Below, in pieces: positions 17,723 through 36,772 of a stretch of 64,000 bases of DNA. The stretch covers positions 1,343,672 through 1,407,671 of the forward strand of contig JAWQFM010000009.1 in assembly GCA_033442325.1 (NCBI GenBank), given 5' to 3'. The notes beneath the pieces were generated by a model that did no database searches, had not been told where the DNA came from, and saw only the letters and a list, made by a program, of their open reading frames with translations. Each line of letters begins with the position of its first letter. Positions within the stretch are counted from its first letter, which is position 1. The position numbers and the translations under genes are program-made. The DNA comes from Salpingoeca rosetta (lineage: Eukaryota > Protista > Choanoflagellata).

Positions 17723-18270
17723 TCACACCACTTGGCCGTGCTCTCTGCTCTCGCCGGCGCTGTTGACGCCTGCACGGCCGTGATCAAAGCCGCGCTGCCG
17801 CATAAACTGCACCATGGCCCACGGCCTGTAGTTGACGATGAAGGCACGACGCCAAGCATCCGTTGTGTTGCCGCCCGTCCCGTGCAATGTGTTCCCAAAG
17901 TGGGCCGTGCACGAGCCTGCAGGCAACGGAATCACACAACGTTTGCTCTGCGAAAGAAGTTTGCAACAAGGAGGGGGGGGGGGAGGGGGTTTGTATTTGC
18001 GTTCATTTGTGAGCGCATGTATGCGCGTGAATGTATGCATGCGTGTGTATGTGTATGTGTGTGAGTGAGTGTGTGTGTGTGTGTGTTCAGAAGGAACGAG
18101 GCAGTGAGACGTGTGCAAGTGGAATTTAGGTCAAGCAGAAAGGGCGTGTTGTCGTAAAACCCTCACATCATCAATGTCCTGTGTTGTGGAGAGGACGTGA
18201 TGTCCCTCGCTTGCAGGCACGTGTGGATGCAGAGGAGCAAGATGGCTTCCAGGGACTAAACAGCCAGAGC

Positions 18271-18323
<53 letters not shown>

Positions 18324-19243
18324 ACAGGAACAGGAGGACAAAGCAAGGCGTTGAGCAATCACAGCTTCATAGAGCGACACGAGCAGCAGTGCCAGTGACC
18401 GGTGCATGTGTCCCTTTTTTCCCCGTCCTCCTCATCTTGCTACTCAGGTGGTGTCAAGGAGGGGGGGGGGGGAAGTTCAGCAGCCAGTACAGTGTGACAC
18501 AAACAACCAACGTACCAAACTGCATGCAACCGTTGCTTGGTGTCGCCTCGTCGATGGCCACCTGAATATCAGTCGGCGATTGACATCAACGCAGGCAGTG
18601 ACATGACAGCAAGGGGCGTGTACATAAAGGGGGCGAATGAGGAAGGAAGAGGAAGCTACAAACAAGAAGGCAGTCATGCACGCTGGCAGGCAGATGGGCA
18701 CAAATAGACACTGACAGACAGAAAGACACACGCACGCACACAGACGCAGCCGCAGATGTACGCACAGACACAGCCGCAGATGTACGCACAGACACACACA
18801 CACAGACACAGACAGAGAAAGAGACACACAGACACAGCACCAAGCCCAAGTCCGCCGCACCCAGAATGAGAGGGCGCGGGTATCTGGGAGGTCAGGCCAG
18901 TACGCCTGGTCCTGGTGCCATGGCACGGCAGTGTTGGTGTGCGGTCCCTTGGCGATGAGCATGTCAAAGTCGAATGTCATCTCATCACCAACAAGCACAC
19001 GCGCCAGAAGTGCTGTCCGGGAGTGAATTGCACCCTGCAGCGGTTTCAATGCCATGCATGTAGTGAGGAGGGGGCGCATTCAACGTGAGCAGAGCAGCAC
19101 ATCGTGCAATCGCACGCGAGTGCTCTCCGATGATGGTTGTGTAAGGAGACGGGAGCAGAACAGGGGGGGGGGGAGGAACAAGAGGAGGTGGGGAAAAGCC
19201 CACGAAACAGGAACTCTCTTCCTCACGCACGCACGCACGCACA

Positions 19244-19327
<84 letters not shown>

Positions 19328-19971
19328 GACACAGACACGCACACCTACGCACACACACAAAGACACACAAAGACACACAAAGACACACACACACACACAC
19401 GCACACCAACGCACAGACACACCTACTCACAGACACACAAACACACGCACACATACAGTCTCACTTGGGCGAGGTGCTTGACGTAGTCGCTGGGCCACAT
19501 AATCTGCATGACGTTTTCGTGCTCGTTTGTCTGTGCGGGCTGATGAGACCCAAGATCGTGCCGATGCAGCTCGCTGTCGATGGTGCCGTTGAGGAACGCC
19601 TTGTACAGGCGCTTGTACAGCTTCAGCTCGCGCGGCGTAAGAACGCCGTTGATCTGCAGGAAACCGTCCTCCATCAGCTGCTCGCGCAGGTCTGGGATCG
19701 CCTGTGTCTCAAGCCAGGACTCTGGCGTCTCAAAGTCAAACTGCCAGCCCAGCACGCTGGCCTGGTAAGCGACATGCGCCTGCGATCGCACCTGTTGTTG
19801 TCTTCCTGGCTGCCACCGAGGAGGGCGTGAGCGCTCAAGAGCACCATAGCTTTCCCCCTGCACACTCCTCGTTGCCACTGCTGCCATTGAGCCTCCCGAC
19901 GTCGCCATCCCCCTCCCCGCAGCTGTGGCGGCCGCCGCAACTGTTCTTCCTCGCATCAATCTGGCCGCCAT
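17723..19971 (-). CDS. PhyH-family Fe(II)/2-oxoglutarate dioxygenase, probable mitochondrial presequence
   Basis: Five exons join in frame: ...GFLQINGVLT...|...AKGPHTNTAVPWHQDQAYW...SFW|VAIDEATPSNGCMQF|VPGSH...|...PLPAGSCTAHFGNTLHGTGGNTTDAWRRAF. The HxD...H triad and the 2OG-binding Arg are intact. N-terminus is R/A-rich and lacks acidic residues. Confidence 0.92.
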
Positions 19972-20247
19972 GTTTGTCCGCTTGTCTGCTGGAAACAAGG
20001 CCGTCAGGTCCTTGAGCTTTTGGCCCTGTTACAGTTTGTTGGCTGGTCTCGGGGATGAAGCAAGCGTTGATGGGTGGGTGGATGGAAGCCCGCTGATGCT
20101 GTGGATGGATGAGGGCTGGTGGAAAGCAACGCAGAGATCAACAAGCACGAACCAAAGAAGGACAGCCACGGTGGATAATGAAATCGACAGCACGAAACGC
20201 ATTGCATTTTCCTCCACTGTTTTGTTTGCTGCTCCAAGATCGCTGCG

Positions 20248-20720
20248 ATGTTGGTGCCATCTGCTGCTCTTCTCCTCCTCCTTGCGGTGAGCACTGATGT
20301 TGTGATGCATGTGGTTGTGTGTTTGGTTGTTTGTGTGTCTGGCATGATACGATGCATGTGTGAACGCTGCACACACATCTGCACACACATCTGCACACAC
20401 ATCTGCACACACATCTGCACATTCCCAGACTGCGCGCGCGCGCACACACGCACACACACACACACTGACAAATGCACACACTGGCACACACACGCTGGCC
20501 CACATCCGCGTCGCTGACCAAACCAAACAACAACGCTGTTGTCTTGCACTTTGTTTGTGCGTGTGTGTAGGTGGCTGGCTGCGCCGTCGCCCAAGATCCC
20601 GCTGAGGGATGGCTTGGCTACGCCAAGGGTGTCAACCCAAGCGGCGAGGTTGGTTCAGTGGGTGTTGCATGTCAATCAAGCAGTGCACTGAAACAAACAC
20701 ACTTTGCACCTCAAGTACAT

Positions 20721-20788
<68 letters not shown>

Positions 20789-21529
20789 TGCATCACACAT
20801 CACTCCTCTCATGCGACGTTCTCTCGCGCTGCGCCTCTGAAGGGTATCATCACGTACATTGAGGCCAAGTGGCGGGTTGGCTCCAACCCTCGCCGTGGGG
20901 GCGCCTTCTTCTCCCCTTGGTCAGTCGTGTGTGATGTGAGTGTGTGTGTGTGTGTGCATGCGTGTGTGCGTGAGTGAGTGTATTTTGTGAGTGCATATGT
21001 GTGTGTGTGAGTGCATGCGCGCGTGTGTGTGCCGATCTTTCATGCCTCACAATGCCATCCATTGCTTCTCATCCACCAGGTTTGGCATTGAGACCTCTGA
21101 CAACCTCAACCTCATCCAGCCCGTCAACCCTTGGACTGGCAATCAGTGGCAGATCTACAACGGTTTGTGTATGCGTGCGTGTGCGTGTGCGTGTGCATCC
21201 ATGCGCTCGTGTACGTGTTCTGTGCATTCGTGCGCTCGTGTGCGTGTTGTGTGGATGCAGCAGTGTGCTGGCCACTGCACCACAATCCTCAGATGCCGTC
21301 TAACGCTGCTGTACAACAACACGCACACCTGTGTGATGCAGAGTATTTCCAGTGGGTGCCCACCCACAACTACAACAGCGAGGCCCACGTTGTGCGCCCC
21401 GGCGATGTGCTCTTTGGCTCCGTCTCCTACAACCCGTCCAAGAACTCATACACGGTGTTCCACAAGGTGTGTGAATATGCATACGTGTGTTGGTATGTGT
21501 GTGTGTGCATGTGTGTGTGTGCATGTGTG

Positions 21530-21591
<62 letters not shown>

Positions 21592-22686
21592 CCACGCATG
21601 CATGAGGCTTTGTGCACCTTGGGGTTTGCATTGTAGCTCCACACTGCCATCACTCCAATAACCAGGAGCCATTCTCGCAACACCTTCTTCTGCCGTACCC
21701 CAAACCCTCACACGACACGGGCTTTGTTTGTGCCCTGCATCCCTTGCCCCCCCCTTCAGGACATGAACGATGGCTGGAGCGTGACGACGGAGATCCCCGT
21801 GCAGCGCTCTGGTGGCGACTACAAGAAGTACACCATTGGTAAGCGAGCAGCGTGTTCTCATCGCTGCTACTACTACGACTGCTGCTGCTACCTGCTGTTG
21901 TTGTTGTTGTTGCCAGTGGCGAACGCACTTCTTTGCTCTGCTGGTCTGACGTACACTGCTGTCGTTTGAGCGTTTGTCCTGTCGCAAACGACTCTATGAT
22001 AGCGTTGGTTGCACAACAAAGCACACCTTCTTTCGCCGTTGCTCTCTCCCACTTCATGTCATCAACCCCTCTAACCACCGCTGTTCACCACCCATCCAAA
22101 TCGCTCCACCACCCACCAGTGTACTTTGTGTTTGAGAAGGAGTGGGACTGCGACCAGTATCCTCCAGATGGTGAGGTCACCTTCTACGACATTAAGGTCC
22201 AATACAACAACCAGACGGTACGTTCCCCAAGCCATTGTGTGTGTGTATGTGTGCTGTGAACGGATGCTGGTTGGCGTAGTCGGCGCTGTTATCAACGTAC
22301 GCTCCAGTGACGCCCGCGTGTTTGCGGTGTGTGTTTGCTGCGTGCGACACGTGCGTGCAGGTCAGCCCCCAGTGGACCACTGCTTACGTCGACGACGTCT
22401 GCAACAACCGCGCCCACATCGTGGACGAGTACGTCAGCGTTTCCACATGTCACCGCACGCTGCATGATGATAGTGACCTGTCTGCCACTCTATCCCCACT
22501 GTTGCTGCCACCTGTGCGTGTCAAATCACGGCCCAATTCGCTCACGCTTTGTTGTTGCATGCCGGTGCATGACTCACCGCACACTGCCCACGACATCCCT
22601 CTCCTCTCTCCTCCCCCCCCCCCTCTTTCCTCTCCTCCACCCCGAACAGGTCCACCATCAAGATCACCTGGGACACCACCAACTAA
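20248..22686 (+). CDS. Secreted G1 (eqolisin/scytalidoglutamic)-like glutamic peptidase fold protein, 227 aa, 9 exons
   Basis: Exons 20248-20286, 20571-20648, 20843-20919, 21080-21162, 21342-21466, 21760-21838, 22120-22217, 22361-22428 and 22650-22686 total 684 nt, all GT-AG and in frame. Signal peptide, then GWLGYA, WFGIE..NLIQPV, WQIYNEYFQW, VRPGDVLFGSV, YFVFEK and VTFYDIKV in G1-like order. Confidence 0.75.
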
Positions 22687-22962
22687 TCCGCCAACCATCA
22701 CTGCACTCCTTTTGTTTGTGCAATTGCAACTTTTCCGCAACTGCCTCACGTTTGTGTGGCTCTGACGAACGCTCACTTGCGCGCTCAGCCTTCAACGTGC
22801 GTGTTGTGTGCACGCTCTTCCCCCTACACCATACAATACAACCTCACACAAACACCACAAACAAGGGCCTCTTTCACTGCGAGAGAGAGACAGAGAGAGA
22901 GAGTGTGTGTGTGTTTGGGGGGAGGGGATTTAAGCATCGCATCAACCTGAGTTTGCAAAACG

Positions 22963-28649
<5,687 letters not shown>

Positions 28650-29022
28650 CATCGCGCCACACCACGACACCAGACCTCCTCCTCGCATGAATGCAGTCTT
28701 CGCATGATGTATTAGCCGTTCACATTGTGGCTTTGGATAACAGAGCAGGTTGTAACAGACTTGACACGACAGGTGTCGTGTCGTGATGATAACACAAATC
28801 AAAGCAACGGATAAATTATTACCGAAACAGCAACAAGCAGGCAAGCACACGCACAGACGCGCGCACACACACACGCACACACACACACACACAAAACAGA
28901 CACGCGCACACAGAAACACACACACACACACACGCGCGCACACAGAAACACACAGACACAGACACGCGCACACAGAAACACACACACACACACACGCAAA
29001 CAGAGCAAATCAAAACGGCACG

Positions 29023-29964
29023 TCAGATGAAGAGAGTGCCTGCGCTGTTCTCACGCCGGCACTTGATGGCACGAAGTGGAATCGGCGACAATGAACGCGA
29101 GGAGGAAGACAGCGTTGGTGTCGATGACGACGACGGCAGAGGGGAGGGCACGCGACGCAGCGAAAAGTGCCGGCTTGAGAGCTTCACTTTGCCCGACGCT
29201 GGCGAAGGAGACCGTGATTGTACGTGCATGGTAGCACTGCGCTGAATCGACGTGTCGAGGTGGCGATAGAGCTGCGTTTCATGTTGCCTCGAGTTTGGCA
29301 GCGGGGGTGAGGTTTGCGATGACGATGGCGACAGTGGCGTGTCATCGTCACTACCGTCACTGTCGTCGCTGCTACTGGTGTTGCTGCGCCTGTTGTGGCG
29401 AACATCACGGCGTGTGTCGACACCATGAATTGCCTGCAGGCATTCGTGACGAGCATCTTGTTCGCTGGGGCCGATCAAAACCACATCCGATGGCCGCTGC
29501 TTACCGTCACCACCACCATGCACCTGTCCAATCTCACTGTCATCACTGTCACCTTCCTCATCGCTGCTGCTGCTGCTGCTGCTGCTGTACAACCTGGCGA
29601 GGGTGCAGTTGTTTGGGCGCGCAGCACTGGATTCCTCGTCATCATCATCTTCCCAATCATTGTCATCATCAGCAATACCGTTTTCGTGTCCGTGAGTGGC
29701 AGCAGCGGTTGCGCATGCGGCGCCGTCGTCTGGGCCGCTGAGCAGCAAGTGGGTCATCGGGTTGGAGCGAGCTGGGGGCAGCACCACCAGCGCCAAGGAC
29801 GCAAATGCCACGGATTTGGCGCGCGATTTGGCAGGTGGAGCCATCTGCCCACATTCGTGTTGCTGCCGCTGCTCTTGATGTTGTTTGCGTGGGTGTTCGT
29901 GGGCTTCTGCAGCTGGCTGTATCGGTGGCACCTTCCTATCCACCTCGCTCTCTTTCCTTTCATC

Positions 29965-30032
<68 letters not shown>

Positions 30033-31244
30033 GCTGAACTGTCATTGACACTGTTGTTGCATTTGCGTCTGTGTCGATGGTATCGTGGTTGGCAGCAGCG
30101 CGGTTGGAGGATGGCTTTGGCGGTGGCGGGATGATGTGGATGATGCGGGATGTGAGCGGTGCGAGTGACGTGTAGGGAAGGCCAACACCTTTGGCATAGA
30201 CCGGCAGGTGTGCTGGTATGGCGGGCTGTGCTTCCTTGGCGGCGCTCCTTGCATCGTCAGGGCTGCTGCTGCCATCATCGTGGTTGGTGTTGCCGCTACT
30301 TGCCAGGCCCTGGGCCAAGCTCGAGCCGTAGAAGTCGCTCTGCAGGGAGCAGCGGCGAGACATCATGTGCTGCACGCGGCCCGGGTGCACTGGCAGTGGC
30401 GTGCAGATGCTGTGGAGGGAGGGGATGGCGCGCAAGGCAGCGAGCAGCTGGTCGCGCCCAAAGTAGTGCAGCAGGGTGTCCAGCACGTGCGTGTGGTTGC
30501 GCTGGACACAGAGGCGGAGCAGGGAGCCGTTGCCGCCGTTGATGTCGTCGATGGTCAAGTCCGGGAACGCGTCGAGCAGGAAGGTGACGACGTGATCGTG
30601 GCCGTTGGCGCCGGCGTCGCGCAGCGCCTGGCACTCGTAGTACCTGATGTCTTTGATGGTGAAGGTGAACTTGGAGAAGAGCAGCTGGATGACGGACAGG
30701 TGGCCGTTCCCGCAGGCGAAGCGCAGGCAGGCGTTGTATCCGCCCTTGATGTCGCGCGGGGAGAAGCAGTACTCGTCCAGCAGCCACTGCAGCACGGCAG
30801 CGTGCCCGTTGCGGCACACTGACCGCACGAGGTGCGAGTTGACGTGGCGCAGGTCTGCCATGGCCAGCTGCTGCGTGTCACAGAGGTGCTGGACGAGGGC
30901 GAGGTGGCCGTGCTCTGCCGCGGTGGCGACGAGTGGGATGTGGCCGGGGCACGGTACTGGCGGCTCCACTTTGCTGTGCATGGCCTTGAACGCTTGCAGC
31001 ATTCCCTGGGAGCAGATGAGGCGGAACAGCTCCAGGTGCTGCTGCTCTGTGTATGTGTCGAAGACGGGCGAGCGCTGGATGTGCTGCAGCAGCACGTCTT
31101 CCGTGCACAGGTCACGCAGGCCCGTTTTGCTGTGGCGGTGCTTCTCCAGCAGCGGAATGCCCATCCACTGCACACACAGCTTCGCCTTTGCCTGCACGAA
31201 GAGGGAGAATGGGTGAGAGTGAGAGTGAGAGTGAGGGAGAATGG

Positions 31245-31283
<39 letters not shown>

Positions 31284-31735
31284 TGAGACGGTGAGAAGAA
31301 CAGAACGAGTGAGAGTGAGGGAGTGAGGGAGGGAGAAGAAGAGAAACAAACGGAACAGCAAGCAAGCAGGAGGAGCAGAAGCGGAGCATGACACACGACA
31401 CACACCATGTTGTTGGAGAGCCGCCATTCGCGGCAGAGTGCGTTGAGTTGATTTACGTCCAGGGTGGGAAACACTGCCTGCCAGAGATGGGTATCATCCA
31501 AGCTGGCGAGTGCAGCTGCAGTTGGTGGTGGTGGTGGTGTCGGTGTTGTCACCATCGGTCCTTGCGCCTGCGGTGGCATTGATGAAGGGAGAGGGGCGCT
31601 GGACCGGCCTGCGCCGTGTTTTTCATCGCGGTCGTGGTTGGGGTCTGAGTGGGTGTCAGGGTGGTTGCTGTGCTGGTGTGTGTGGTTGGTGTCTGCGGGT
31701 GCAGCAGAGCCAGCCACACTTGCCAAGACAGTCAT
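29023..31735 (-). CDS. Ankyrin-repeat protein with N-terminal F-box-like motif and long low-complexity/polyQ tail, 2 exons
   Basis: Exon 31735-31406 (…SLDDTHLWQAVFPTLDVNQLNALCREWRL…) joins exon 31191-29023 in frame. Ankyrin repeats: TAAEHGHLALVQHL, VCRNGHAAVLQWL, FACGNGHLSVIQLL, DAGANGHDHVVTFLL. PolyQ encoded by (CAA)n at about 29965-30036. Confidence 0.85.
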
Positions 31736-32543
31736 TGCTGTTGTGGGTGCTGATTGTGATGTTCTGTGCGCGTGTTCTCGTCGGGATGCATGAAAATGAT
31801 CGGGCGAACAATGTTTGCGTGCGTGCCGGTGGTTGAGGCTGGCTGCTGCACTGAGTGTGTGCTCGGCTGCTGCTGGTTGGTGGTGCTGGTGCTGTTGTTG
31901 TTGGGTCGTTAAATGGAAGTCCGTGTTGATGTGCTAGATGCAAGATGACAAGAACTACAAGAAGAAGAAGAAGAAGCACAAGAAGAAGAAGGTGAACAGC
32001 AGCAGCAACAACAGCTGTTGTGAGTGTTTGCCGTCGAGGTGATTTGAGCGCGCTTGCGTTAGGTTGGAATGTGTTGTGCAGAGCAGTGAGTGTGGAACAG
32101 CGAGTGCTTCTGAATATGCAAGGCGTTTGATGTATCTGTCTTGCTTGTGCTGTTGACGATGTAGCGGTGTGTGTGTGGATATGGATGGAACGGCAAGCGC
32201 ACACAAGAGCAGGCATGGAACGACGAGCATGGCGGAACGGTTGCCGTGCACACACCTCAATCACCGCGCATCATCTCCGCCCAAGCATTCATTCCGTCAC
32301 AGCGTGTTGTTGTGCGTTGTGGTGCTGCTGCTGCGAAAGGCAAAGCAAAGGCGAAGCAAAGCAAGGCGACGAAGCAAGAAGAAGAAGCAAGGAAGGACGA
32401 GAGCAAATTTGCCTTTCGCAAGCGAATGCATGCATGCACATTCAAGGCGGTTGGGACGGACGAACGAACCAAAACGCGATAAAACGCTTCTGAGGCGAAA
32501 CGTAAATGCAACTATACGACACTATTCGAAATATGAAAGACCA

Positions 32544-34006
32544 TCAACTACTCTTTGTTTTGTCGCTTCCATCACAATCCAAGGCAAATTTGCTTTGGAG
32601 ATGCCGCACAAATTGGAACCGCTGCACGCGAATCTCGGCCTGCCGCACAACATCATGCAGGAACCTGCCACCATGTGCATGCGCGCGCGCGTGTGTGTGT
32701 GAGAGAGTGAGAGAGTGAGAGAGTGAGAGAGTGAGTGTGTGTGTGTGAGTGAGTGAGTGTGTGAGTGAGTGTGTGTGTGTGTGTGAGTGTGTGAGTGAGT
32801 GAGTGAGTGAGTGAGTGAGTGAGTGAGTGAGTGAGTGAGTGAGTGAGTGAGTGAGTGTGTGTGTGTGTGTGAGTGTGTGAGTGAGTGAGTGAGTGAGTGA
32901 GTGAGTGAGTGAGTGAGTGAGTGAGTGAGTGAGTGAGTGAGTGTGTGTGTGTGTGTGTGTGAGTGAGTGAGTGAGTGTGTGTGTGTGAGTGAGTGAGTGA
33001 GCGAGTGAGCGTTTGATGTGTGTACGAGGATGCGTGCACGAGCAAATGCATGTGTGTATTCAGAATGCTCAAACAACACCGCACGCACTGACCTGTGCGC
33101 GTGCTGTGATTCGGGATGCGGAAGGTGCATGATCCATGCCCGAGGCACCACGACAAACTGATAGCCAGCCGCGTGGAGCTGCATGGCATGCATGAAGGTT
33201 TTGACAAGTGGAAGAAGGAAGGTGAGAAGCAGACAACACGTTGGCTGGGGACGCACCATCACACTCATCTTGTTGAGAGGGCATTCAAGCACACCATCAC
33301 ACTACAACAGACAAACACGCATGTGCACACACACACACACACACCTCAAGTGAGTGGGAGATTTTGTTCATGCCGTAGCCTGTAAAGTTGGGGTCAAATA
33401 GAGGCAGGTGGTTTGTTTTCTGGACAATCACATATGGCTCATACAGGTCCTGCATGTGTGTGTATGTGTGTTGGGGTTTAATTGGGGGTGAGAACGGCAA
33501 GTGAGTCGATCGGCGAGGGAAAATGAAGTGGCCTGCACACCAATAAACACACACGCACACACACAAACAAACACTCAAACGAACACCCACCCCCCCCCTC
33601 ACACACACACACACACACAAACAACCAAACAAACAATCAAACGAACACCCACCCCCCCCCCACACACAAACAACCAAACAAACAAACAATCAAACGAACA
33701 CCCACCCGCACCCACCCGCACACAACCTGGTAGTCGACGGTGTATGGCGTGTAGGCGTGGCGCCAGTAGCTGTAATCTGTCGCCGCGTGTGAGAGCGGAG
33801 AAACGGATTCCCGAAATGGACGCACCGTTCCGGCCTCCATGGCCGCCACCAGCTGCTCCATTGTCTTGGGCAAATCCCCAACCCCAATACTCGCGCGGTC
33901 ACCCTGAAGCATTTCAAATGCAGGCACAACAAACGCCGTGCGGGCCACAGAGTCCCCATTGCCATCCACAAACCCAGCAGCCAGCGCAAACTGGTCCTGC
34001 ACAAGA

Positions 34007-34055
<49 letters not shown>

Positions 34056-35203
34056 TGTGCACCAGAATGTGAATGTGTGCTTGAGTATGTGCACGCATAT
34101 GTGCGCGAGTGCACAGTAGGTGCATGTGGGTACAAATGCATGCGAGTGTGCTGCCATGTGAATGTGTGTGGAAGGGACAGCGCACCCCGCTGTACTTCAC
34201 CACCACCGTTTCCCAACCTTGAGATTCGACGTGGGCACAAAGTCTGCATCCATGATGAACACGAAATCCGTGGCTGCACCCTCAATGGCTGCGTTGCGCA
34301 GGGCGTTGATGGGGTACGGCTGCAGTGGACGTGATGATGAAGATGGTGGTGATGGTGGTGGTGGTGGTGGCGCAGTGGACACGACGTGAGTTGGCGCACT
34401 TGCCTTGACGAGTGGGGAATGGATGTGTCACGTCGCCCAGACAAGACACACAGTTGAGAGAAACAGGCAACCGAGCAATGCAATCAAGTTCACAGACACA
34501 GATACACACAGACACACACAGACACACACGCACGCACACAGACACACACGCACGCACACAGACACACACGCACGCACACACACGCACACACACACACACG
34601 CACACACACGCACTGACAGACAGACACACACACACACACAAACACACACACAGACACAGACACAGACACAGACACAGACACACAGACACAGACACAGACA
34701 CACAGACACAGACACACGCAGACACAGACACACACACACCTCGCCTGTTCGCCCCAGGGTCAAGGTGGCGGCCCACGGTTGCGTGGGGGCGAGCTTGCGC
34801 AAATGCTTGAGGACAAAAGCGGGCACCCATGCCGCCGCACTCTCCCGACCACCGTCACCACCGTCGCTGTCATCACTGTGGTGCACGGCCATGGAGACGG
34901 GCCCACTCCATGTGCTCGGCAGGTAGCGCAGCAGCGAGAGCCGGTCCAGCGACACCTGGCGGCGGGCGCACACGCAGTGATAGCGGCAGAGGTGGGCGGT
35001 GGTGAACATGGTGCTTTGCATTTGACACAGCCAGCATTGCCATTGGGGAAAAACTGGGCGGGAAGAATTGAACGGCAATTCCAGCAGACAAGTCGCAGAA
35101 TCAGACCGACAATACCAGACACACACACACACACACACAGACACACACAGACACACACACACACACACACAGACACACAGACACACACACAGAGACAGGC
35201 ACG

Positions 35204-35242
<39 letters not shown>

Positions 35243-35939
35243 ACACACGTGCACACGTATCACCTGGGTGACGATGCTGAGAGGATGCTTGAACGGAGGT
35301 CCCGTCAGATGCATGGTCTGCAATGTCGTGGGGGCGCTGCCCTCTCGCGCGTGTTGTGGCATGTGCGTTGGCGTGCGCGGGCACATGGGAGCAGCAGCGA
35401 GTGCAGCGCCCGTCTTGCCGTCGACCACAGCCAGCTCGATAGCATCAAACTGGACCGTGTGTGTGCACCGGACGCACGCGAGCCCGACAATCACGTCCAA
35501 GATCACGGTGGAACCCGCGCGTGCGGACAGGCCGAGCTCGCTGCGGCCCAAGTGCACTTCGCTGACGAGGGCTGAGTCGGGGGTGCCTGCAACGTCTTCG
35601 GATGGTGGCGACAGCGATGTCAGGCGGCACTTGATTGTGGATGGCCACGGCCCAGGCGCATGTGAATGTGCTTGGCTGGAGTCGTCAGCATATAGCGCTG
35701 CGAGACAGGCGGACCAGTCTTCTTGCGTGTACCCATCGGAGTGCGGGCTCACAACAATGAGCGCCTGTGGCCCTCGATCCGCGCCCTGCTCGCCACCGCC
35801 TTCTCCGGTGGCCTAATTTCGCATATGAATGTACACAACAAGCGTTAAGGTCGGACACGCGCGAGAACAAGGCTCGTTGGTGTGCAGGCCAGTCAGAAGC
35901 ACATGTGTTGTCAATGGGATGCATCATATTGTGTGTGTG

Positions 35940-36009
<70 letters not shown>

Positions 36010-36696
36010 CCTTGGCTGAGAACTTGAGCGTCATGAGAGGATCTTGCGAGAACTCCATGGTGGGTGACCTGCAGTGCCCAGGAATATATGAATGCATGGC
36101 GAGAGTGTTGCAGTTGCACCTGTAGTGAGTGCTGAACACAAAGCACATCCTCCCCATGTTACATTCAACCACTGTCCACCGTCACATCACATGCCACACA
36201 GATCAGATCACAGCACAGCATTCTCTCACGCTGGCATCTCACAACACAGCCCATCATCACTCCACACATCAGACACAGCACAACGCAACATCGTCCACTG
36301 TTCACCCCGAAGCAGTTGGAATACGTACAGGGCCGCTTTGATCCCGAGGTACTGGTAGATGGCCCGAATGCCCTCGGCGCTGCCTCCAGTGCGAAGGGAC
36401 TGCCAGCACTGCTGGCCCTGTGAAACTGGCTGCGTCCATGTCGCATGGCCCTGCCACCACCCAGTTGCACGCAGTGGTTCACTGGCCTTCACGATGTGCG
36501 TCTGCAACAAACACTCCTGCTGCTGTTGCCGACGGTCCAAGCTCTGTGTGTGGTGGCCACTCTCACCCTTCCCTGCATCAACGACCTCCTGCTGCCCGTG
36601 CTGTTGCTGCGAGCCATGCAGCAGCACAAGCAGCAATGGCGCTAGCGACGACACCACCACCGCCACCAGCACCAGCCGCCGCAGCCCACACCGCAT
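32544..36696 (-). CDS. Type II membrane glycosyltransferase with LARGE/B4GAT1-type GT49 domain
   Basis: N-terminal TM anchor ([21 protein letters not shown]). Spliced GT49 motifs: LSIVTQ|VSLDRL..L...[28 protein letters not shown] (DxD), [55 protein letters not shown]. Stop TGA at 32544-32546. Confidence 0.9.
32700..33010. repeat. (GAGT)n/(GT)n compound microsatellite, intronic
   Basis: Long GAGT array interrupted by GT runs. Confidence 0.95.
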
Positions 36697-36772
36697 ATCC
36701 ACGCACAAAGGAAAACGGCCGTACTACACTTTGTGGTGTTGTATATCAACCCCGCGTAGCAACAACAACACG
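36697..36772. promoter_or_regulatory. Very short divergent intergenic region with X-box (RFX)-like sites
   Basis: 76 bp between the two divergent ATGs. Contains the near-palindrome GTTGTATATCAAC (36738-36750) and the half-site TAGCAAC (36757-36763), just upstream of a flagellar gene. Confidence 0.4.
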
